Below are positions 1 through 7,979 of a stretch of 64,000 nt of DNA, in pieces. A program made the translations under genes and the position numbers. The notes under the pieces were generated by a model. The model did no database searches. It was not told the DNA's origin and saw only the letters and a program-made list of their open reading frames with translations. Location: the IMG/VR virus record IMGVR_UViG_2718217807_000006; one strand, given 5' to 3'. Within the stretch, counting starts at the first letter, position 1. The number at the start of each line of letters is the position of its first letter. This DNA is from a virus.

Positions 1-2
1 CA

Positions 3-263
3 ATTATCGAACAGTTACGGGCAGTCCCAAGGCCATCAAGTGAGCTGGCGGAAGTTCATATTGTTCTGTATCCGCCGGATCAGCGCCGTCGTGATATTGA
101 CAACTACAACAAAGCGCTGTTCGACGCGCTGACTCAAACCGGTGTCTGGGAGGACGACAGCCAGGTGAAACGTATGCTGGTGGAGTGGGGGAACATCGTG
201 AAGAAAGGGAAAGTAGAAATCACCATTAAGCGATTTATTTCCCCGGCAGTTGCAGCTGCCTGA
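3..263 (+). CDS. rusA: RusA-family Holliday junction resolvase, 5'-truncated by window edge
   Basis: Manual translation: ...LYPPDQRRRDIDNYNKALFDALTQTGVWEDDSQVK..., the RusA DxDN and DDxQV motifs. Confidence 0.9.
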   Translation: MIEQLRAVPRPSSELAEVHIVLYPPDQRRRDIDNYNKALFDALTQTGVWEDDSQVKRMLVEWGNIVKKGKVEITIKRFISPAVAAA

Positions 264-277
264 CAAGTGGAGAACGT

Positions 278-973
278 ATGAATCAGTTAATCGCAAGCAA
301 GACAGTTACGATGTCGAGCATCGAAATATCTGTTCTGGTAGATAAGCGCCACGACAACGTAAAAAGAACAATTGAAGCGCTGGTGGATAAGGGCGTTATA
401 GCTTCTCCTCAAATTGAGGAAAAGCCCACTGCAGGGCGGACGATGTCGGTATATCTCTTCAGGGGAGAGAAGGGCAAGCGAGACAGTATTATTGTTGTCG
501 CGCAATTATCGCCAGAATTCACAGCACGCCTTGTTGACCGCTGGAATGAGCTTGAAGCTGCACAACATCCGGTCATCCCGCAGTCTTTCTCGGATGCTTT
601 GCGTCTGGCTGCTGATTTGCAGGAACAAAAAGAGCATCTGTCGCAAGAACTGGCATTAGCCGCACCGAAGGTTGATTTTGTTGATCGTTACTGTACTGCT
701 AACGGTTCAATGTCATTCCGTCAGGTGGCAAAGCTTCTTCAGGCTAAGGAAACAGAGTTCCGCTTATTCCTGATTGAGAATGACATCATGTACCGGCTTG
801 GAGGAACGCTGACGCCGATGGCTCAGCATATCGATGCGGGACGTTTTGAGGTTAAGACAGGCACATCACTTACATCAAACCACGCGTTCAGTCAGGCTCG
901 CTTTACCGCCAAAGGGGTCAGGTGGATTGGTGGCCTGTGGACAGAGTACAAAGCAGGAGGACACGCAGCGTGA
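278..973 (+). CDS. Phage antirepressor (Rha-like N-terminus + ANT/KilAC C-terminus)
   Basis: MSSIEIS..KRHDNVKRTIE N-terminus; PKVDFVDRY...FTAKGVRWI C-terminus. Confidence 0.85.
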   Translation: MNQLIASKTVTMSSIEISVLVDKRHDNVKRTIEALVDKGVIASPQIEEKPTAGRTMSVYLFRGEKGKRDSIIVVAQLSPEFTARLVDRWNELEAAQHPVIPQSFSDALRLAADLQEQKEHLSQELALAAPKVDFVDRYCTANGSMSFRQVAKLLQAKETEFRLFLIENDIMYRLGGTLTPMAQHIDAGRFEVKTGTSLTSNHAFSQARFTAKGVRWIGGLWTEYKAGGHAA

Positions 974-1950
974 GAGCACTACTTACTCCTGAGATCGCCC
1001 CTAAAATGGGCGTTGTTCTTCTTCGCCCAGGTGCTGAGCTTATGCCATTGTTCAGGCGAGGACGTGTACTGATTGAGCCTGAGCCAGAGCGTTACGCTGA
1101 ATATCAGACTGGAGCTATCCCTCCAGCAACACAGCCGCTGGAAGGTGACCCAACGGTATTGCCTATCTTTGAAAATATGGATGTGCTGATCCGTGCTGGC
1201 GGTTTAGTAGGCCTTGAGGCCGAGTTGGAGCGTACTTTCGAATGTCAGTATCCGCATGCAACCTGGCATAGTGAGAATTTCACACTCTTCCGCCATGAAC
1301 CTGGAAGCATTCGCCTTTGCTGGGGTTGTGACAATCTTGTCAGGGACCAATTCACACAGGAACTGGCAGGCATTGCGCGTAAAAACCTGGTATCCTGGCT
1401 GATATCAGTCATACGTTCCAGACTGGGATTTAATGAGGACCATGTACTAACAATTCCTGAGTTGTGCTGGTGGCTGTTAATTAACGATCTGTCGCACGTC
1501 ATACCGGAAACGCTGGCAAGAAAAGCGATGCGATTGCCTGAAGTCAGGCACCAGTCAGTGATGAAAGAAATTGATTTACAGCCAGAGTTTGCTGCAACCG
1601 AATTAGTCCAAAAAAAGATACTGGCGCTGAAAGTGGATACTGAAACGCCGGAATCATTCATGCTTCGGCCAAAGCGTCGACGCTGGATAAACGAGAATTA
1701 CACCAGTTGGGTTAAGACCCAGCAGTGTGCCTGCTGTAATAAACCAGCAGATGACCCCCATCACCTGATAGGCCACGGACAAGGTGGAATGGGAACGAAA
1801 GCGCACGACCTGTTTGTGTTGCCGCTTTGCAGAGCGCACCACGAAGAGTTGCACGCTGACACCGTGGCATTTGAACAGAAATATGGCTCACAGCTGGAGC
1901 TGCTGTTTCGATTTCTGGATCGTTCGCTGGCAATTGGCGTACTGGCTTAA
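970..1950 (+). CDS. DUF968-family (YdfU-like) protein
   Basis: GTG start overlapping upstream stop; C-terminal CACC..DDPHHLIGHGQGGMGTKAHD..LPLCRAHHEELH. Confidence 0.85.
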   Translation: MRALLTPEIAPKMGVVLLRPGAELMPLFRRGRVLIEPEPERYAEYQTGAIPPATQPLEGDPTVLPIFENMDVLIRAGGLVGLEAELERTFECQYPHATWHSENFTLFRHEPGSIRLCWGCDNLVRDQFTQELAGIARKNLVSWLISVIRSRLGFNEDHVLTIPELCWWLLINDLSHVIPETLARKAMRLPEVRHQSVMKEIDLQPEFAATELVQKKILALKVDTETPESFMLRPKRRRWINENYTSWVKTQQCACCNKPADDPHHLIGHGQGGMGTKAHDLFVLPLCRAHHEELHADTVAFEQKYGSQLELLFRFLDRSLAIGVLA

Positions 1951-1968
1951 TTTAGTGGAGATAAGTTA

Positions 1969-2313
1969 ATGCGTGATATGTATGAAGTATTAGACCGCTG
2001 GGGCGCATGGGCTGCTGCCGATAGTAGCGGTGTGGACTGGCAACCAATTGCAGCCGGATTTAAAGGACTGCTGCCACATGGAAAAAAATCACGCCTACAA
2101 TGTGACGATGATGAAGGGATCATGATTGATGGATGTATAGCGCGATTGCGTAATTATAAGCCTGAAGAACATGAGCTAATTATTGCTCATTTCGTTATAG
2201 GTATATCGTTGCGTTCAATTGCTAAGACGCGGAAGTGTTCCGACGGTACTATCAGGAAGGAGTTACAGACCGCTATGGGCTTTGTTGAGGGATGTCTGGC
2301 GATGTTAAATTAA
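1969..2313 (+). CDS. Q: Late antitermination protein Q
   Basis: MRDMYEVLDRWGAWAA...C-terminal HTH; position upstream of lysis genes. Confidence 0.9.
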   Translation: MRDMYEVLDRWGAWAAADSSGVDWQPIAAGFKGLLPHGKKSRLQCDDDEGIMIDGCIARLRNYKPEEHELIIAHFVIGISLRSIAKTRKCSDGTIRKELQTAMGFVEGCLAMLN

Positions 2314-2852
2314 ACATCTTGATGTAACATTTTTTTGATGTGCACTCGAATCAAAATTAATGAATTAAGAAGAAAACATATGGTTAGCATTGCTAACCAT
2401 ATGCAAAAGACAGATGCTACTCCAACGTCTATCAAACCAATTGTAAACTGCGACACAGCTGTAAGTATTGACAGCCAAACTGATATATTTATAAACGATG
2501 ATAATGTATCTAGTGGTTTAAAAAGCTCACATTCATTTACGTCTTGATCCTTTGGTAAATTTCTACTTAATCTAAAATTGGATATATATCTCTCAGTGGA
2601 GAATAATTTATCTTTCAAGTTTACTATGACAAATGTATGTAATGATAATAGTAGTGATCCCACAGAGATGAAACCAGAAAAAAGATATCCACGTATTGAT
2701 GTTTGATAGAATGAATAGAATGCCTTTCCCTGATGGTGAGTAAGGTTAAGGTAAACACATGTCATAGCAGCAACAATGAATAAAGATAACAATATTAACC
2801 ATCGTACTTGATGGTTGAACTTAGATCTTACAAAATTATCAATTAAATTCAT
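2310..2852 (-). CDS. Moron 4-TM membrane protein (~180 aa)
   Basis: Four hydrophobic segments; AT-rich; ATG at 2852 overlaps the end of the upstream gene. Confidence 0.8.
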   Translation of the reverse strand: MNLIDNFVRSKFNHQVRWLILLSLFIVAAMTCVYLNLTHHQGKAFYSFYQTSIRGYLFSGFISVGSLLLSLHTFVIVNLKDKLFSTERYISNFRLSRNLPKDQDVNECELFKPLDTLSSFINISVWLSILTAVSQFTIGLIDVGVASVFCIWLAMLTICFLLNSLILIRVHIKKMLHQDV

Positions 2853-3765
2853 GTTTTTTTCTGCCGTTGGTGATTTCATCTTTAATTATTTGAATTATAG
2901 CATTGCTGATGTAATTGTCATTTTTTAAACCATTTACATGTTGTGCAATTGTATCAAAATCATACTCACTAAAATAACACGGGGAGTTAATTAGATCAAT
3001 CAGTCGCTCATTTTTAGAGTGATCAACAACAGATACAACACCTTTTGTTATCCCTGAAATTTTATTTACCATTTGGTCAAGACTATTCGCTATTTGACTG
3101 ACTTTAGATTTATTATTATCACTAATATTAAATGTAACCTCTGTATTTCTAGTGAATTGCTCAACGCCGATCATTTCGCTTTCTTTGAAGTCAACAGAAT
3201 CATAGCGGAACGTTGCTGATTTAATTTCACTAAACGTAGAAAGCATGGCGATCAAGCTTGACTTATCAATAATTACTCTAAACTCCAATCTCTTTTCATA
3301 TTTTTTATGAATACTCTCAACTTTAATTTTATCTGGTTTTTTGCCTAAGGCGATTACCTCATTTTTAATTTTCTTTCTTATTGCAAAATTACTGTAAGAT
3401 TGCCATGAGCTAAACAAACTGTTTAGTGAGCATGATCCGCGATAATAAAGGTATAATCCTTTCAAACTTACTTTATTTATACAGAAGAAATTAAAGTTAA
3501 CAAGTTTATTATCACCTTGTATGTCTTCAACCTTTATCTCGAACTGTCCATTTTTAACCGTTGAAAGACAATTTTTTTTCTGATTTTTATATGTCAAGAC
3601 CAAGCCGGTATAAAACTGGCCATCATCGGAAAGAAGGATCTGCCTATCATAATCGGCTCTTTTGATTTCATGCGTAGATTGTTTTATGAAATAATCAATG
3701 ATATCAGTGGTTTTGATGTTGTTGTTAGGGTTGACGATTGCAAATCCTTGAGATTTTATTTTCAT
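2839..3765 (-). CDS. Moron soluble protein (308 aa), possibly RexA/RdgC-like (DUF6731/DUF4747-like)
   Basis: Long AT-rich ORF antisense to phage genes; the family call is inference from size, beta-rich pattern and pairing with a 4-TM gene. Confidence 0.6.
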   Translation of the reverse strand: MKIKSQGFAIVNPNNNIKTTDIIDYFIKQSTHEIKRADYDRQILLSDDGQFYTGLVLTYKNQKKNCLSTVKNGQFEIKVEDIQGDNKLVNFNFFCINKVSLKGLYLYYRGSCSLNSLFSSWQSYSNFAIRKKIKNEVIALGKKPDKIKVESIHKKYEKRLEFRVIIDKSSLIAMLSTFSEIKSATFRYDSVDFKESEMIGVEQFTRNTEVTFNISDNNKSKVSQIANSLDQMVNKISGITKGVVSVVDHSKNERLIDLINSPCYFSEYDFDTIAQHVNGLKNDNYISNAIIQIIKDEITNGRKKHEFN

Positions 3766-3829
3766 TATAAAGTCACTTACCGATAGTGAATGGCATACTG
3801 TCTGTGCGGAGATAACACTAATGTATAAA

Positions 3830-3900
3830 AAAACTAACGCGTACGCAAAAACTATCGTAATCTGTTAAGAGTGGTCACTTAGACACACAACTTAATCATC
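3830..3900 (+). promoter_or_regulatory. Putative late promoter pR'/qut region
   Basis: TAACGCGTACGCAAAAA...CTGTTAAGAGTGGTCACTT resembles the segment found after this Q type; lies directly before a terminator and the holin. Confidence 0.55.
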
Positions 3901-3901
3901 A

Positions 3902-3928
3902 AAACCTCGCCTGAAAGCGGGGTTTTTT
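3902..3928 (+). terminator. Intrinsic terminator (tR'-like)
   Basis: aaacctcgc-ctgaaa-gcggggtttttt hairpin + U tract. Confidence 0.8.
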
Positions 3929-4034
3929 CATTTCAGGCCTAGGCTAAAATTGCAGAATAACCGTGAATGCATGAGCCTCCGGCCTGGATCTTTCCCCTCG
4001 TTCTGAGAGGATTCACAGCAATTGAGGGGGCTAA

Positions 4035-4430
4035 ATGTCCGATCCTGTTTCTGCCACAACGATAGCGGCTGGTGGACTGTTCGGCGCCAGCCTATTCGGC
4101 CTGGCAACTGGTATTGATTACGGGGTGGTGTTTGGTGCGTTTGCTGGTGCGGTGTTCTATGTCGCAACGGCGGTGAATATTAGCCGCATAAAGCTGGTGG
4201 GCTATTTCATTACTTCATTCATATTCGGTGTGATTGGTGCTCCTCTGCTGGGGTCGTACTTCTCAAAGTGGACTGGTTACAACGACAGGCCGCTTGATGC
4301 ACTCGGAGCGGTAATCGTGGCAGCCATAGCTATAAAGCTGCTGACGTTCGTAAACAGTCAGGACCTGGGTAGCCTGTTTGGGATTCTCTCTCGCTTACGT
4401 GGAGGAGGGACAAGCAATGGTAACAAGTGA
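4035..4430 (+). CDS. Putative holin
   Basis: Multi-TM small protein, first gene of the lysis cassette. Confidence 0.75.
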   Translation: MSDPVSATTIAAGGLFGASLFGLATGIDYGVVFGAFAGAVFYVATAVNISRIKLVGYFITSFIFGVIGAPLLGSYFSKWTGYNDRPLDALGAVIVAAIAIKLLTFVNSQDLGSLFGILSRLRGGGTSNGNK

Positions 4431-4698
4431 TCCGAGCGCAATCATTAATGCGGTGATATGCGCTGTAATTGTTGTTGCGTTGATGTTCTACCGACGCGAC
4501 GGGTCAAGACACCGCCCCATGATATCGCTGATGGCTTACTTCACTGTGCTGGTTTACGCCAGCATTCCTTTCCGTTTCCTGTTTGGCCTGTACGAGTCAT
4601 CCCACTGGCTGGTGGTGCTGGCTAACATTCTTATCTGCGGCGCGGTTCTCTGGTTCAGGGGGAATGTGGCGCGACTGGTTGATGCACTGAGGCACTGA
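4417..4698 (+). CDS. Second holin-family 3-TM protein
   Basis: Three TM segments, RBS GGAGGAGG, between holin and endolysin. Confidence 0.7.
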   Translation: MVTSDPSAIINAVICAVIVVALMFYRRDGSRHRPMISLMAYFTVLVYASIPFRFLFGLYESSHWLVVLANILICGAVLWFRGNVARLVDALRH

Positions 4699-5327
4699 TG
4701 AATAAATCACAATTCCAGAAGGCGGCTGGTATCAGCGCCGGGTTAGCTGCGCGCTGGTTTCCGCACATTGATGCTGCGATGAAAGAATTCGGCATCACTG
4801 CTCCACTCGACCAGGCGATGTTCATCGCGCAGATGGGGCATGAGTCCGGCGGTTATACAACGCTGGTGGAAAGCCTGAACTATGCCGCCGACAGACTTGT
4901 GCCTACGTTCGGCAAACACCGAATAACCGCCCAGCAGGCCGCAGCACTCGGCAGAACGGCAACACAACCAGCAAATCAGCGAGCTATCGCTAACCTGGTG
5001 TATGGGGGCGAGTGGGGTAAAAAGAACCTCGGAAATCAGGTTGCCGGTGATGGCTGGAAATATCGCGGTCGCGGCCTGAAACAAGTTACGGGCTTGAGCA
5101 ACTATCGCAGCTGCGGACAGGCGCTGAAGCTTGACCTTGTTACCCAGCCTGAGCTGCTGGAGCGAGATGATTACGCTGCACGTTCGGCCGCATGGTTTTA
5201 TGTCTCCCACGGTTGCCTGCTTCATTCCGGTGATGTTGAGCGCGTAACGCTGCTTATCAATGGTGGCCGCAATGGTCTGGATAAACGCCGTGCGCTGTTT
5301 AACCAGGCTAAATCAGTACTGGTGTGA
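4698..5327 (+). CDS. Endolysin, glycoside hydrolase family 19
   Basis: FIAQMGHESGG, DGWKYRGRGLKQVTG, INGGRNGLDKR motifs. Confidence 0.9.
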   Translation: MNKSQFQKAAGISAGLAARWFPHIDAAMKEFGITAPLDQAMFIAQMGHESGGYTTLVESLNYAADRLVPTFGKHRITAQQAAALGRTATQPANQRAIANLVYGGEWGKKNLGNQVAGDGWKYRGRGLKQVTGLSNYRSCGQALKLDLVTQPELLERDDYAARSAAWFYVSHGCLLHSGDVERVTLLINGGRNGLDKRRALFNQAKSVLV

Positions 5328-5334
5328 GGTCACT

Positions 5335-5610
5335 ATGGGCATTGAAATGATTATTGGTCTGGCAACTGCGTTGCTGGCCGTTATCGCTGGCGCATTTGGG
5401 TTAGGTCATGCGCGAGGCACTAATAAATCGGAAGCCAAAGCCGATCAGCAGCGAACCGAAGAGAACGCCGCCGCCAGCGTCGCTGCGGCAGAACGGAAGG
5501 CGCAAGCAACTAAAGAGGCCAGTGATGTACAGCAGACTGTTAGCCATATGCCTGATGACGATGTTGATTGGGAGCTGCGCGAAAAGTTTACACGCCCCGG
5601 CAGTCGTTGA
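5335..5610 (+). CDS. Rz-like inner-membrane spanin
   Basis: N-terminal TM + Ala-rich coiled coil after the endolysin. Confidence 0.7.
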   Translation: MGIEMIIGLATALLAVIAGAFGLGHARGTNKSEAKADQQRTEENAAASVAAAERKAQATKEASDVQQTVSHMPDDDVDWELREKFTRPGSR

Positions 5611-5752
5611 TACCGCATGCAACTGGGTGCGGATCATCTACCTGACCGACCACGATATCGACATTCTTGACCGTCAGACGAAGCGCGACATTCTGGCGCA
5701 TAACAAATCCGTGCAGACTAACTGCCCGCACCAAAATGCAGGAAGCCTGTAG
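5525..5752 (+). CDS. Rz1-like outer-membrane lipoprotein spanin
   Basis: MYSRLLAICLMTMLIGS-C lipobox, overlapping Rz in another frame. Confidence 0.7.
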   Translation: MYSRLLAICLMTMLIGSCAKSLHAPAVVDTACNWVRIIYLTDHDIDILDRQTKRDILAHNKSVQTNCPHQNAGSL

Positions 5753-5945
5753 GTGGGCTTGCCGCGCCGTAGCAGGTCCTGACGTTGATTGCTAACCCTA
5801 CTGAGAGATAAATTCCGCGCGCTCCTACTCTAGGATTGACCTAGTTCGACTTGCATAAAATAAATACTAGAAAAATTGAAAGGAAAAAGGTATGTTGAAA
5901 TCTTCATTTGCAGTTGGAACAGGGCTAAAAGCTGGATTGGAGAAA

Positions 5946-6257
5946 ATGGTGAGTGCAGTTAGTCATATTAAAAATCCGCTGACTATCATAGGAATTTTTG
6001 CTGGTATCGTTGAGATTTCAGCAAACCTAGTTCTTCCTTTTTTAGAACCAGCCCAACAAGGAATTTATCTTTGGTTTTTAATGTTATTTCCTGCAGGCCT
6101 TGTTTTTTTCTTTTTTATTACATTAAATTTTAATCATACTAAGTTATATGCCCCTAGTGATTTTAATGATGATAATACATTTATGCAGGCCAGTGGGAAG
6201 ATGCTTGGAAATAAACTTGGCTCAGATAGCTCCGGTGGGGGGATTAAATGGCCATAA
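5946..6257 (+). CDS. Moron 2-TM protein
   Basis: RBS GGAG before ATG 5946; NPLTIIGIFAG...two TMs...LYAPSDF; AT-rich. Confidence 0.75.
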   Translation: MVSAVSHIKNPLTIIGIFAGIVEISANLVLPFLEPAQQGIYLWFLMLFPAGLVFFFFITLNFNHTKLYAPSDFNDDNTFMQASGKMLGNKLGSDSSGGGIKWP

Positions 6258-6529
6258 CAGAGTTAAAAAACCAGACTTTTGAAAATGAGCTGGTTACATT
6301 AGATCTTCATTCCTATGAGAATTGTAAGTTTGTAAATTGCAAGATGATCTATTCTGGTTTTAGCGATGTAATGTTAGTTAACAATGAATTTGATAACTGT
6401 GAGTGGCATTTTAGTGGCCCCGCTTCTAATACCCTTGCTTTCTTACAACTATTTTATAACAAAATGGGTGACCACGGTAAAAGGATAGTCGAGATTACTT
6501 TTGACAATATAAGAAAACCAATGGGTTAG
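6248..6529 (+). CDS. Moron small protein with short beta-solenoid-like repeats
   Basis: NQTFENE/YENCKFVNCKM/NNEFDNCEW pattern; overlaps the upstream gene. Confidence 0.7.
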   Translation: MAITELKNQTFENELVTLDLHSYENCKFVNCKMIYSGFSDVMLVNNEFDNCEWHFSGPASNTLAFLQLFYNKMGDHGKRIVEITFDNIRKPMG

Positions 6530-6568
6530 GTTCACCTCTTTCAAGGCATTTTTTCTATTGGTTTTAAT

Positions 6569-6596
6569 AAGGCCTCGCTTCTGCGGGGCTTTTTAT
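6569..6596 (+). terminator. Intrinsic terminator after moron
   Basis: aggcctcgc-ttct-gcggggcttttt. Confidence 0.8.
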
Positions 6597-6663
6597 TGGC
6601 ATTATAGAAGCCACTCCATAGAGTAGTTTCGATAATGCTCCCCACATCGCAAAGAGGTAAGAC

Positions 6664-6909
6664 ATGGCAGAAATCACTGACGCCCAGCAGATTCGCCTGA
6701 ACCTGCTTTCAACCCTGAACTACGACACCGCGGCGGCAAAAGTCGCTGTAGAGTTTGTTCAGGATAGTCCGCTTAAGTACCAGCTTTTCATCCAGCAATA
6801 CAGCCGTGTCACATCCGAGACTGAAGTGGTTGCAAAGACGATGAAAGCAGTGCAGGAAGCAACTGAAGCGCTGCCGCTCTTCGATACCAGCGCTGAGCAG
6901 TCCAGCTAG
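6664..6909 (+). CDS. DUF2560-family small protein
   Basis: MAEITDAQQIRLNLLSTLNYDTAAAK; RBS GAGGT. Confidence 0.7.
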   Translation: MAEITDAQQIRLNLLSTLNYDTAAAKVAVEFVQDSPLKYQLFIQQYSRVTSETEVVAKTMKAVQEATEALPLFDTSAEQSS

Positions 6910-6969
6910 GCATTACAGCAGGCATTCACTGAGTGCCTGTGATAATGCAAATCTCATAAGGACTTAATC

Positions 6970-7320
6970 ATGCCCGCACTAATTCCCCGAGCATGCCGTA
7001 AGCGTGGATGCGCAGGCACAACAACCGACCGCTCAGGCTACTGCGAGAAGCATCGCAATGAAGGCTGGCAACAGCATCAGCAGGGCAAGAGCAGGCATGA
7101 GCGAGGCTATGGCAGCCAGTGGGATATTAAGCGAGCACGCATCCTTAAGCGTGATAATCACCTGTGTCAGAACTGCCTTCGAACTGGGCGAGCCGTTGCC
7201 GCCAAGACCGTTGACCACATCAAGGCTAAGGCTCATGGGGGGACCGATGATGATTCGAATCTTGAAAGCCTGTGCTGGCCCTGTCACAGAACGAAAACCG
7301 GACGTGAACGTTTCAAATGA
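6970..7320 (+). CDS. Terminase-associated HNH endonuclease (HK97 gp74-like)
   Basis: RDNHLCQNC...VDHIKAKAHGG...NLESLCWPCH; directly before terS. Confidence 0.9.
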   Translation: MPALIPRACRKRGCAGTTTDRSGYCEKHRNEGWQQHQQGKSRHERGYGSQWDIKRARILKRDNHLCQNCLRTGRAVAAKTVDHIKAKAHGGTDDDSNLESLCWPCHRTKTGRERFK

Positions 7321-7391
7321 TATCAATTCCCATTTGAGGCGCGGCAGGGTGGGGGCGGGGTCAAATCCCTGACGGCAAAGGCCCAAAGGAC

Positions 7392-7401
7392 CGCCGCCTA
7401 A
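7392..7401 (+). other. Putative cos cleavage site (CGCCGCCTAA)
   Basis: Between HNH and terS; resembles the HK97-type 3' cohesive end as recalled, not verified. Confidence 0.45.
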
Positions 7402-7478
7402 CCTTTTTTCACACCGCCGCAGGTTAGAAAACTTTTTTTTGGGGTCCCCCTTCCGATGATTAATAGGAGTTTTCGATT

Positions 7479-7976
7479 ATGCCAGGACCACCGAAAACCC
7501 CGACACATCTGGCTTTAGTGAAGGGGAACCCATCCAAACGCCCGATCAATAAGAACGAGCCAAAACCCCCGTCAGGGGTCCCCCCAATACCGAAACATTT
7601 TGATAAGCAGGGTAAGTACTGGTTCAAGCGTATCGGTGATGAACTTGATGCAGTCGGCGTATTGACCACGCTGGATGCTAAAGCGCTGGAGTTGTTGATA
7701 GAAGCCTATGTTGAATACCGGCATCACTGCGACACGCTTGATCGGGAAGGTTACACCTATGCCGTCTACAGCGAAGAAGATTCAGACGAAGGAGGGGAGC
7801 GGGAAATCAGAATGATAAAACCTCACCCCGCAGCAGTCATGAAGGCTGATGCGTGGAAACGAATCAGAGCGATGCTGAGTGAATTCGGCATGACACCTGC
7901 CAGCCGATCAAAGGTTGGTGCAAAAGGCCCGGCAGAAGCCGACCCACTGGAAGAATTTCTTAAAAAGCGCAAATGA
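7479..7976 (+). CDS. Terminase small subunit (P27 family)
   Basis: MPGPPKTPT..GNPSKR...EFGMTPASRSKV. Confidence 0.92.
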   Translation: MPGPPKTPTHLALVKGNPSKRPINKNEPKPPSGVPPIPKHFDKQGKYWFKRIGDELDAVGVLTTLDAKALELLIEAYVEYRHHCDTLDREGYTYAVYSEEDSDEGGEREIRMIKPHPAAVMKADAWKRIRAMLSEFGMTPASRSKVGAKGPAEADPLEEFLKKRK

Positions 7977-7979
7977 TGA

